This document shows positions 25,501 through 35,051 of a DNA stretch of 64,000 bases, piece by piece (within the stretch, counting starts at the first letter, position 1; the number at the start of each line of letters is the position of its first letter). Source of the DNA: Ophelia neglecta. Lineage: Eukaryota. The translations under genes and the position numbers were made by a program. Location: positions 47,740,001-47,804,000 of the forward strand of contig OZ260661.1 of NCBI GenBank assembly GCA_965285935.1, given 5' to 3'. The notes under the pieces are model-generated. The model was not told where the DNA came from and made no database searches. It was given only the letters and a program-made list of their open reading frames with translations.

Positions 25501-28500
25501 GTATATATAACTTGAAAGGATGAGAAGGTAATTTAATATTGCTTTCGAGAAGACAACGCCCCTGTGTATTCCACCCACGACCAGGTTTTTACCCGAGACT
25601 TACAAGAGAGTGAAAACTACAAGTTTTTATCTTTTCTACTTGACTTGCAATCTTTGCAATCTTCAGTACCAAGGAACAAGGGATGTTAGAAAACAACTTA
25701 ACAAAACCTAGTTACAATACTGTGACCCAAAAGTAAAATGATAAGATTGTACTTCACTGGGAAAGATTGATTTTTTATTTTTTGTTTCATGTCTGCCAAG
25801 TTTGTGGGATAAAACTCAACACAACCTACCTTTCTCTATTCTTAACATACAAAGTGTCTTATTCAATTTGGAGAAAAAACCAACTCAGATAGAAATATAT
25901 CAATCCTACAGCCATAAAGAAGCTAAGAGCAGTTAACAGAGTAGGGCCCCACAGTTTAATTATTTTAGACTTAAAACGATCTGACACCACTCCCTCTATA
26001 GACTGAGACAGATTTTCATTTTAAGTTTTAAAAGCAATGCTTGCACTATGGGCTGAAAATGATGTTCTCATACAAGTGCAAAGCCCCCTCAGCTTAGTCA
26101 TTTAATCACAACACTTGAGATATATCTAAACCTCTCTGTATTCTTCACACTTTATATTTATGATGAACTAGTATAATGAAATAGTATAATGTTTATATCA
26201 ACTTTAACCCAGTGTGTGATGTTATTTAGTCAATGTCTACAAATTTGTCATATACTTGTGAGACTGTCTGTCTCTGCTGGACTGCCATGCTTTTGAATCT
26301 TTCAAGCATTTGCAACTTTACTTCATTCGGAGGCCACATAATACCACTACATTTAGTGGTGTTTAATTTATTTGTGTCATATTCCAGATATATTTTGTAT
26401 GTACATGCTAATATTGGCACAAGCTATAACATGAAATGATCATTTTTATCTGATAGCAAGATGGCCTCTAGCCCTCTACTCAGATTGCCTCTGATCAGTG
26501 GCCTCAGCTAAGGCTACATGAACTGGACAAGCTTACCCCAGGCACTTCTAGCCCCTCCTGAACAATCTCCTGGATCACACCTCTCTTGATCTCCTCGTGT
26601 AGCAGACGGTTTTCCTCTATCACCTCTCTCAGCTTCATCTTCAGCACCTGCAGTTCATCCTGAAATAAATGTTACTGTACATGATTAACTCTTTTTTTTA
26701 CTTTGATTAATTTAAACAAGTAGGCTGTCATGTCTGGTTTGAATTGTTTCTGTACAATTAGGTCTGACATTCAGGTTGGTACTTTTAATCCTCAAAATGG
26801 AATTGCTGACAGAGGGGTGGGTTGGGGTGTGCCACACAGCACCACATCACTGGCAGCACAGCACCTTTCACAGGAAGCCAACATTGACAACAACCATTTT
26901 TACCATACCATAACGGAGAACTTTTTCAATGCACTTCATAGAGTGCAGTTATCACATGATTAATAACTTAGGGGAACATTAGTCTGAGAGGGTACCGTCA
27001 TGATAAAGTACGTTCTGCAAACTGAACTGCCGTAAAGAAAGACATCATATCATCATAGCATATCATGTTTCTAATTTCAATGCAAGTTTACGCCTTGAAC
27101 ATGGCATTCATACATCATTTAAAAAGGAATTGAGATTTTTTCACAATCAATGGATAGACTGGAAAACCATCCATAGTAACTCATCATTCAAACACAATAC
27201 ATTGTCTGAATAGCTTGTCATAATTTCTATGATTAAATAAGGTCAATCTTTGAAAGGGATTCTCAAGTTATCCAAGGTGTTTTGTGCACCCTTGGTGGTG
27301 TTCTGAACAGTTGAAGAAATAGTTGAGAAATATTTATCACCCTTGATGTTATTGTTGTGTGGATATATTTAGTAACAGAGTATATCTGTGTGTGTTTTGT
27401 CATGTTGTGAGAACAACAAAGTTCTACCATTTCAAAACATTTACAGCATATGCAAATATACAGAAGATAGACTTGGGGTCTCCATTATGGACCCAACAAG
27501 CAAATCATAGAGGTGTTTAATATGTATTTTCACACTGCTGGTTTGCAGCCCTAATGACAGCATTGTCTATTACCATTTGAAAGGAATGATTGATGAAATA
27601 AACCTTAAAAATAAATTTTGCAGGAGCCTTCCCCCTTAATCAAATTCTACTGCTATTTAAATGTACGTCGTATTTGGAACATCTTTTTTGACTCCCTACC
27701 ATTCAACTTTATAAACATCACATTGTATACATTTCATACAAGCATATAATACTGTAGAGCACAACATTTCACCTAGAATTTAATGTTTCCATTTCATAAG
27801 AGACACTACATGTATATCGTAAAAATAACTTTCCACAAATGAAATGTTTACAACTAAATATCTCCTTGTTAAATATTTGTTCATAAAAACCAATTCCATT
27901 ATTGTAAAATTTTCACAAAGTTTGTATATATATATGGCTCATACAGCAATGAGATTAATGAAATGCCTGATTTTTACATTCATGAGAACTTTACTTCAAC
28001 ATTAAAATCACACAACCAACTCACCCTGCAGAATTTATTCTCAGCCTCGACTTGGGTGAGCTGCCCAGCCTGGTTCTGTAGTAAAGGGACAGTTTCCTCA
28101 GGGGTGGGGATCTCACCCCGTGGCACGGGTGGATATCTTTGTGGGCTACTGCCAGACATGTACACATTGTAGTCTTCATTCTGGACTCTACCAGGCTGAA
28201 AGATACAAAACTATGATGCATAACAAGAGAAATGTTCAAAATTAATCACTTGCACATGCATGTTTGAAAGCTGACAAACCCATATTATTGAGGATCTTCA
28301 AACAACTTACATGTTAACTATAGTTTTGTCAATACATGTACAATTTTACTTGCAAATGTTATGATAAGGAAAGTCTTCTCATAAGGTTTCATGTGAATGA
28401 AATACTAATTATACATTTAGTGTTACCACATTACATGTTAACCCATGGCCTAATAATTAGAAGTGGATATATTTACATGGAATAAAGTAGTTAATTTCAC

Positions 28501-31500
28501 TACTTTTTATATTTGCAAAACTATATTCCCACAAATATTAAGTCCCTAATTATCTTAATATACATGTATGAATCATTCTACTAGCAAAATTTAACTCCTA
28601 CAAAATATAAAAATTTGCAATATTGCAAAAATATCTTCCTGCAAAAATTTACACTTCTACAGTTTGTAAACAACAATAGTTCAACAATTTATGATAAAAA
28701 ACTTGGTACCATATATATGGTGATGTTCCCTAAACGAAAGCACCTTAACCAATTAAATACAAGTGTTATTTTTTACTAGTGAATCTATTTTGCTAAAAAA
28801 AAAACACATTATATATTATTACATGTACTCCACTTTTAATGGAGAGAATTTTGCTATCAAAAATTACTGGTTAACATGTACATATATATGATACTAAAGG
28901 GTAACAAAATGAAATGTTAAACTGTCCACATTTGCCACATAAAATGTTGTACCTGCCTGTAACTTTTATGGCATGTATTTAGTTAGGGTAGCTAATTTTA
29001 GCTACGGGGGAATCTTGTCTTGACAACAACAACAAAATGTCTTGTTTACATACACCTACACTTAAATGAACAGTGAACCCCTGGAATTTAGAATGCAATT
29101 TTAGTAAAGTTAAATTATAAAAATATTTTATTCTAAATTTGAAATTTAAGATGAAGGTTGAGTACATGACAATTGTATACTAGTAAAAAAAAATCCAACT
29201 TAAGTATGTGTGCATAAGACAATTAACAAGCAATGAAAAAATGATAGCATTGGTATGAAAGCAATTCTTGCCCTTGGAAATTTAAGCGTTTTTCAGTAAT
29301 TCTATGTACATGTATGTGCTCAAGTATATAATGTAAGGCACTGCATCTACCTGTAGATCTCAAAGTACATATGCCATGCATTCATTTTCATGCTGGCTTT
29401 ATATTTGCCTTTGTGTATAGTTTTCAGGTGAGGGGTTCTATTATACAAGGATTGTATACAAACATCACAAAATATCAATGACGATGGCACATGATTTTAA
29501 CATTCAAAGCACTTTGTTCAGAGTTCCCACGAACCTCCCCTAGGATGGCTAGGCTTTCAGCCTCTTGTCATTAGTGTCATATTATAAGCTTTGCTAGGAT
29601 GACAAGTTAATATTAGTAGAACTATAAGGAAGTATCTAATGAAGACATCCAGACAGTAGAGTGACCACAAAATAGTTAAATCTACCATGAAGATGTGATC
29701 CTCCTATTGTGACTAACAGACATGCATCATTTCAAAGACTGAATGCCTATCACATTACGTTTAAGATGCTCAATTTTTGTGAGTTAAACACTTCAAGATT
29801 AAGGAAATATCCTAGTGTCTTACATGTTGTACAATAGAAACATGTTCTGGATCAAGAATATATATTGTGTCAGTGTTCACTGTAATCTTTGATCAAGGCA
29901 GTGACACTCATGCATGTGCATACAGACACCAACTTCATAACTTCTAGAAACTTTGACCTTTTTCATTTGGATATCTGGCTTAGTCAAAATTCAACATGTG
30001 GTTGAAATTTTGGAAAAAGAATTCCAACATTGTCTGGAAGGTTAGTTGTTCTCCTTAGGCCAATGAGATTTATGACTTTAATATTAGTATAAAGCCTTCC
30101 CAGATTAATAATACAAGTATTCTATTATTTTGTTTGTACTTTTATATAGATAAATTCTGAAGTCCTGACCTTCTAATGATTTTTATAGAGCTAACTTGCT
30201 TTAGAATCTTTTCCTATACATGTCTATACATGTATACTAAAACTATTTGATTAAAAATGATGTTCACTGCTTCTTAAATCTTAGCCTGACTACCACCTTG
30301 GCATAAGTGTCATACTTACTCTTGGGCTAAACTGAACTGTTTTAGGACCTTGATGCTTGGGTTCATGCTGCCTCATCATGGTCCGTAGCCTCCCCACAGC
30401 ACTGCCATATGTGTAGTCGCTGTGCTCTATGTTGCGAGATTGTTCCCATGCTTGTGACGAGCCTGGGCTTCGTGACCGATAACGCCTTTTCTCACTGAGA
30501 GAAATGGACGGTCGATTGTGTAATGACTGCCGCAACTCATGTATACTGTCTGTTGCTCTATCTAAAATAAAAATCATGGTTTGATATTGATAATAATTAT
30601 ATGCTGTGCTAAATTACTTCATAAGAGACGCAAATGGGAGAAAAAACAATTGTATTCAGTTGCAATTCAATTTAATTCAATTTGTATTACCATTATATCA
30701 TTAACATTACAAAAAATACCACATAATCTGATGATGACAAAAGTTGTATGTGTATCTGTAAGGTGGAAGCCATTTTTATTCACTCCTTTTAAAATTGGCA
30801 CCAGGCTGTAATTACAATGCATTCAAACTAAAAATGCATTATAAACACAGATATGTTTACTACTAAATGTACTTGGAAAGTCATCACATTTGCTGCACTG
30901 ATTTCATTTTTGTATTATAATAAAGTGGGCTAAGGTAGGCTTAAGCAGAAAAAAAAAGTGTACAACTTCATTTGATATATACAAAAACTGAATTTGATAT
31001 CAGTAGAACCAAAACTAATTCCTATCTGTAGCAAGCATGAATATTTGACTACCTTAAAGGTTAAAGGTATACATATATACATGTATATCCTTTCACAAAA
31101 TTAAACGGGCAGATCTACTGACACAATGATAAATATTCTGTCCTGAACAAAAGGATATAAAACAATTACAAATGTAAGTAGTTTACTTTTAAGTTTCACA
31201 TAAATTTAAAATTTGATACTGTTTATAAGAGGAAAAAGGTAAATATTGTGCAGCTGCCAGCTTATGACTGTTATAATGGACAGTTCTTTACCACACCAAA
31301 GTGTGTGGGGCAATGAAATTTACCAGACCCATAGGATTTTTACTGGCCTAAATAGCTAAACCATGCCATATTCTCATGATCTTGCTCAAGCTATTGGGCA
31401 TGTAAAAACTTCTCTTTCTCAGACATTCAGATTTTTTCGATCAGGAAAATAATCCAAATTGGTTGCTTCTTCAAATCAGTCCTACTCCTTGTTTGCTCTC

Positions 31501-32719
31501 TTTCTAATCGATTACCATTGGAAAGTGGAAATTTTTGTGCTTTCTTTTGATGTACTGCAAATTAATAAGAGCTGCCAAAAAGCCCTTCACATGGGCCACA
31601 ATAAATTTCATTGCGGAATCTATGTAAACTTTATTGATGGCAGTGCCTCTCCTTAAATACTGCATAATTATTTTTTCACTCACAATACGGTGGAAGTAAA
31701 GTCAAATAGGCAATCTAGGTGGAAAGCATTAATCTCCATCAATAACCATAGAATATATGTTTTGTACCCTAATGTTCCAAACACTCAGCATTCACAATGA
31801 TGCCAAGTTCTGTCATACATCCTTGCTCTTCATCTGGAGTACAAAGTGTGACTTTGTGTCAGTTTAATAATCTGGCTATAGAATCTTGCCCTCCGTTACA
31901 GCTGCCTAGTGGAAAGTTTCTTAATCCATCTGCCTGACCATTTATTTGTAACTAAAGACCTAGAATACATGGCAGGTTCTGTGCACATCTGCTAACAAAT
32001 AGAATGTCCTTTTTATTTCACATGATCCTGAAAAAGGGCCCATTAGTAACCACAGGCGCTCGTGTCTGGTCAATAATAAGGGGAGGGAGTGATGGTGGGA
32101 ATCTCTATATCACTACCCATATCTCTATCACTACCCATGGGTAGTGATATAGAGATTCCCACCATCACTCCCTCCCCTTATTATTGACCAGACACGAGCG
32201 CCTGTGTTAGTAACCATGAAATTAGATGATGCACCACACATCTAACCCCCCCCCCCCCGGAACATCCACCTAGTTTATTTTTGAGGCAGGAGATATTTTT
32301 GGTTATTTTTGACTATAAATTAATAATAGTGCATAAACCAGTTAACTGGTATCAATGTACATTACAAGTGCTTTCAAGGTACCACCCTGATCTCAGTGCA
32401 TGTTGTGCAAGACTACATGCAGTTCTGACAAGCATAATGTAGACTAGGAGCAGAGAGACAGAATACAGATAATTTTTTAACATAATTATGCAGTAAATGA
32501 AAACCAATTTGACGATGTTAGACAATTTCTACCAACTGAATAAAATAGAATAATTTTAATGATAATGTACAAATCCGCCAATAAATGTTCTCACGGAAAA
32601 CAAGCCACAACATGAACTGTCAAAGCTGCCAAAAGCATGTACTCAAGATTTCTACCTCGGATTGATCGTTGATACTCTACATATGAGTCGTTTAAATCTT
32701 CCTCTTGGTAGAAGCTCAT
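4131..32719 (-). CDS. SDCCAG8: SDCCAG8 (CCCAP/NPHP10/BBS16) centrosomal/ciliary coiled-coil protein; 15 coding exons, 2511 nt, 836 aa
   Basis: Join of 32719-32656, 30561-30320, 28195-28025, 26659-26537, 19561-19454, 12639-12575, 10770-10576, 8766-8628, 8003-7851, 7497-7363, 6922-6677, 5871-5739, 5435-5318, 4942-4768, 4574-4131. All introns are GT-AG with matching phases and there is no internal stop. Peptides match recalled human SDCCAG8: YQRSIRDRATDSIHEL~YQRSLREHASRSIHQL, QVEAENKFCR~HLEAEVKFCK, GLCVRCGQNEAVL, EESAYQQVK, ERQLLAREVEFLRQQL. Confidence 0.93.
4768..4942 (-). CDS. SDCCAG8: SDCCAG8 exon 14 (KDNRKLKANNEQL...HSSSQ)
   Basis: Acceptor tggtag, donor gtaact; phase 2 to 0. Confidence 0.9.
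5318..5435 (-). CDS. SDCCAG8: SDCCAG8 exon 13 (QTSAELED...LRGECRKL...ARY)
   Basis: Acceptor ttgtag, donor gtttgt; phase 1 to 2. Confidence 0.9.
5739..5871 (-). CDS. SDCCAG8: SDCCAG8 exon 12 (THLAKLGK...ETKH)
   Basis: Acceptor tttcag, donor gtaagt; phase 0 to 1. Confidence 0.9.
6365..6579. mobile_element. PIF/Harbinger-like MITE
   Basis: About 25-bp imperfect terminal inverted repeats (TIRs) GGTCCAGTTTCTGGAAGCGGTCTTA / TAATACCGCTTCTAGAAACTGGGCC; CTG flanks on both sides. Confidence 0.7.
6677..6922 (-). CDS. SDCCAG8: SDCCAG8 exon 11 (ATDSMKMS...SLERE)
   Basis: 82 codons within ORF 6671-7066; acceptor cctcag, donor gtatga. Confidence 0.9.
7363..7497 (-). CDS. SDCCAG8: SDCCAG8 exon 10 (IKDLQESL...DYGK)
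   Basis: 45 codons; acceptor ctttag, donor gtaaat. Confidence 0.9.
7851..8003 (-). CDS. SDCCAG8: SDCCAG8 exon 9 (AMVQREQLKEE...ELNSK)
   Basis: 51 codons, coiled coil; acceptor gtgtag, donor gtacag. Confidence 0.88.
8628..8766 (-). CDS. SDCCAG8: SDCCAG8 exon 8 (DRDELMDQL...QLEMTQ)
   Basis: Acceptor ttttag, donor gttggc. Confidence 0.92.
10576..10770 (-). CDS. SDCCAG8: SDCCAG8 exon 7 (EELQQYEKE...GLCVRCGQNEAVL...)
   Basis: Poly-T acceptor, donor gtaag; conserved CxxC motif. Confidence 0.92.
12049..12100. repeat. 26-bp perfect tandem duplication
   Basis: AGTTCTGGATGGCATTTCTTAAATCA x2. Confidence 0.9.
12375..12553. mobile_element. Tc1/mariner (pogo/Tigger-like) MITE
   Basis: TA|CAGTGAAACCT ... 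AGGTTTCACTG|TA; ends about 20 bp from the exon 6 donor. Confidence 0.75.
12575..12639 (-). CDS. SDCCAG8: SDCCAG8 exon 6 (ERIQVLHTAKVSRLEAQLTHT)
   Basis: Acceptor tttcag, donor gtttgt; phase 0 to 2. Confidence 0.85.
16115..16270. mobile_element. pogo/Tigger-like MITE, same subfamily as 34892-35051
   Basis: TA|CAGTGAAACCCCTGAT...; the internal AAAAATGGCC.AAACAGCTCTTTT.GC is shared with the 34.9-kb copy. Confidence 0.7.
16839..16940. repeat. 51-bp direct tandem duplication
   Basis: 16839-16889 and 16890-16940 differ at one position. Confidence 0.9.
19454..19561 (-). CDS. SDCCAG8: SDCCAG8 exon 5 (IPKTLPGG...YGKWHQEL)
   Basis: Acceptor tttacag, donor gtgagt; 36 codons; KWHQEL resembles the human KW..EL segment. 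Confidence 0.85.
20580..26000 (+). pseudogene. Decayed NACHT-LRR (NLR-like) gene nested antisense in SDCCAG8 intron 4 (limits approximate)
   Basis: Collinear broken motifs: Walker A LLEGVAGVGKS 21426-21458, QLIFLI and SIYDIL about 21627-21690, Walker B-like FMYNNSHIIWVLGISE 22045-22092, T/SR about 22262-22272, LIGF 22314-22325, ELCSSPALL 23350-23376, YRYPHLSF 23654-23677, LRR-like LETLQVLSFCACIL about 25063 and SLIILDLK about 25953. Many stops and frameshifts; residual splice sites. Confidence 0.7.
26537..26659 (-). CDS. SDCCAG8: SDCCAG8 exon 4 (DELQVLKMKLREVIEEN...EVPG)
   Basis: Acceptor tttcag, donor gtaagc; 41 codons; not in ORF track. Confidence 0.9.
28025..28195 (-). CDS. SDCCAG8: SDCCAG8 exon 3 (PGRVQNEDY...EAENKFCR)
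   Basis: Acceptor ttcag, donor gtgagt; 57 codons. Confidence 0.9.
30320..30561 (-). CDS. SDCCAG8: SDCCAG8 exon 2 (DRATDSIHEL...VQFSPR)
   Basis: Acceptor ttttag, donor gtaagt; lies within ORF 30290-30577. Confidence 0.9.
32051..32206. mobile_element. Palindromic MITE with perfect 70-bp arms and 8-bp TSD (hAT- or P-type)
   Basis: 32051-32120 is the exact reverse complement of 32137-32206; TTAGTAAC flanks both sides (32043-32050, 32207-32214). Confidence 0.9.
32656..32719 (-). CDS. SDCCAG8: SDCCAG8 coding exon 1 (MSFYQEEDLNDSYVEYQRSIR)
   Basis: ATG at 32719; donor G|gtaga, phase 1. Confidence 0.85.
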
Positions 32720-32995
32720 CACGTCGTTTCATGTATCATAACAGTTTAACAGGATTGACCCGAAACCCGTAGATTTTTCCTGTATTTCCTAATATTTTTA
32801 AAAAGTGCCTCCAGAATACTTCAAAACGGAAGTTTACATCTGGTAATTCAACGCGCTTGCGCAGTACATTTAGACCAATAGGATTAGTACAACATTTTGC
32901 TGCGGATCTAGTGAGGGATATCTTGTTGGGGAGCGAAAACTGCCGGAAAAACAAGACTTTTGACCCACAATCTGGGTGTGTTTACAAATAACATC
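32720..32995. promoter_or_regulatory. Bidirectional promoter of SDCCAG8 and CEP170
   Basis: Locally CpG-enriched between divergent first exons. ETS core ACGGAAGT 32826-32833, NRF1-like GCGCTTGCGCA 32853-32863, CCAAT 32875-32879, GCCGGAAA 32942-32949, forkhead TGTTTAC 32979-32985. Confidence 0.75.
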
Positions 32996-33097
32996 ATGAC
33001 ATTACATTCAACGTTGGGTATTGCAATGTGAAGATATTGTCATTATTACCGAATTGCGGGAGATGGATTGTTATTTGAGTTAGAATTGGTCGAAGAG
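32950..33097 (+). other. CEP170: Putative non-coding exon 1 of CEP170 (start approximate)
   Basis: Strong donor GAG|gtgagg at 33097/33098 just downstream of the CpG-enriched promoter; contains only short uORFs. Confidence 0.55.
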
Positions 33098-33233
33098 GTG
33101 AGGATATTATGTTTACTTTAATATAAGCAGACGATGCAAGTGGAAGTCTGTGAAATGGGTATATCTCACGAGCTCTTGACTGGGGGAAAACAATATGATA
33201 ACCATGCTTCTTTATGATGTATGTTTGTATATA

Positions 33234-33411
33234 CAGTGAAACCTGCCTTAAAGACCACCTCTTTATTCAGACCACCTGTCAATTAAGACCACTAAAATGA
33301 AGATCATTATGTACACTTTCAATGGAAAAAAACCTGTTTAAACGTACCACCTCCATAATAAGACCAGTATATTCCAGCCCCTAAGGTGGTCTCAATTCAC
33401 AGGTGCCACTG
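33234..33411. mobile_element. pogo/Tigger-like MITE
   Basis: TA|CAGTGAAACCTG ... CAGGTGCCACTG|TA, with internal AGACCAC repeats. Confidence 0.75.
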
Positions 33412-33470
33412 TACATATATACACAATACATACAGTATGGTTACAAGTTTCATAAAGTTTTCCATAAGGG

Positions 33471-34160
33471 TACTATGGAATGGGGGGGGGGGGCGCAAAT
33501 CCTTGCCCCAGTATCGGTGAAAAATTTTATGACTCCCCTCCGGGCCCTCCCCCCACCAAGACCGTGCCAATAATGTGACCCCTGCCCCCCCCCTATCAGA
33601 GACCCTGCTGACTCTGACCCCTCCCCCCTCCCCATCCACTTTATTAGGTCAAATTCAAATTGCCTCGTGTAAGCCTGGATTTTTATTTGTGCACCTTCTG
33701 AATATGGCTTTAAACACTGTAGATGTGTTGCTAGCTACAAGCTGCTGCACCAATGGCAAACAATAAATAAATACAGTAAGATTTGCGTGTTACTTACCTT
33801 CTGTACTATACACCCAATGGGTTCTAGTACATGGGTATCTCCCATGTACTAGAAGTCCAATCCAGCGATAGGGGGTTGCTAGGAAGGGCAAAAAATATTG
33901 GTACTTTTCATCATAAAGAATGGAATGGGCATTTTCACAAAGCACAAAACTATTTGTTACTTTCCTTTATATCACTTTTCATGTGTGCCTTGGTTTATAG
34001 GAACCCCTCCCCCCCTCCCCCTCCCCAATAGGAGGGTGACACAACTTTGTGACCCCCCATCAGATGGTGTCACAATTCTTTGACCCCCTCCCCCCCCAAG
34101 TTTTTATTGCACACACCTTCCACCCACCCACCCCCACCCCCTGCCCCCCTCACCATAGTA
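33471..34160. mobile_element. Probable non-autonomous DNA element with G/C-run subtermini
   Basis: TACTATGG+G-run at the left end, C-run+CCATAGTA at the right end; internal repeated TGACCCCCC motifs. Confidence 0.4.
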
Positions 34161-34601
34161 TGGGTGTGTTTGGGCACTCCATTTACTTAATACATGTGTA
34201 TATATATATATATACAAGCAAGGTCCTCTGTGTTGACTCCATGGCAAAAAATTTGCCATCCTCTTGCATAATACAAAAATTCAGCTAAGAGCTGCTATAG
34301 TTCTTAGATAAAAATTAAATGATAGACAACATATTATGTTCGACATCACTAATAATGATTTACATACAGATTATTGAGGGATACCTGTACTCTTTCATAT
34401 ACACTGTATGTAGATCTAATCTATTGACGTTGGCTTTTATCAAATCTTGATTTTGACCCTTTTTATTAACAGAACTGCAGTAGCAAAAATCTACTCATAC
34501 AATGACACAGTTTCTTGCATGCAGTTTCAAGCAGCATGTTGTTTTCTAGTTTGAATGCATTTGTACTACTCATATGGTACTGTTACTTACATTGTACACT
34601 A

Positions 34602-34779
34602 CAGTGAAACCTTTGAATTAAGACCACCCAAGGGACTGCAAGATGTTGGTCTGATTATGCAGGTGGTCTCTTTAAACAGGTTATTATACATTGAAATCAC
34701 ACAGAAGGGTCTTCATATGAGTGTTCTGAATTTGGAGATGGTCTGAATATAGAGGTGGTCTCTAAGGCAGGTTTCTCTG
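34602..34779. mobile_element. pogo/Tigger-like MITE, similar to the 33234 copy in opposite orientation
   Basis: TA|CAGTGAAACCT ... AGGTTTCTCTG|TA, with internal GGTGGTCT repeats. Confidence 0.75.
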
Positions 34780-34891
34780 TATATTATTGATTACAGACAG
34801 TTGATATGGATTATAAATAAATGCATATTGAAGAAAGAGCCCTATACTTATACATCATGTACATGTATATGTACATGTGTATATAGATATA

Positions 34892-35051
34892 CAATGGAAC
34901 CCCTGATGAAAGACCAACCAAAAATGGCCGAAACAGCTCTTTTTGCTAAACTGTTGGCTACTAGTATACCTGCCCTGTATTTCAACCTCTGATGAGAGAC
35001 CGACCCTCTCATAAGACCACTTATTTGGTGGTCTCATGATAGGTTCCACAG
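34892..35051. mobile_element. pogo/Tigger-like MITE, same subfamily as 16115-16270
   Basis: Alignable by eye over about 150 bp with 16115-16270. Confidence 0.7.

Noticed and set aside
26730-27400. Coding-like plus-strand sequence in SDCCAG8 intron 3 (also about 29500-30050 and 31230-32030)
   Set aside because: It looks like decayed coding or TE sequence, but I could not assign any family motif; blastx is needed.
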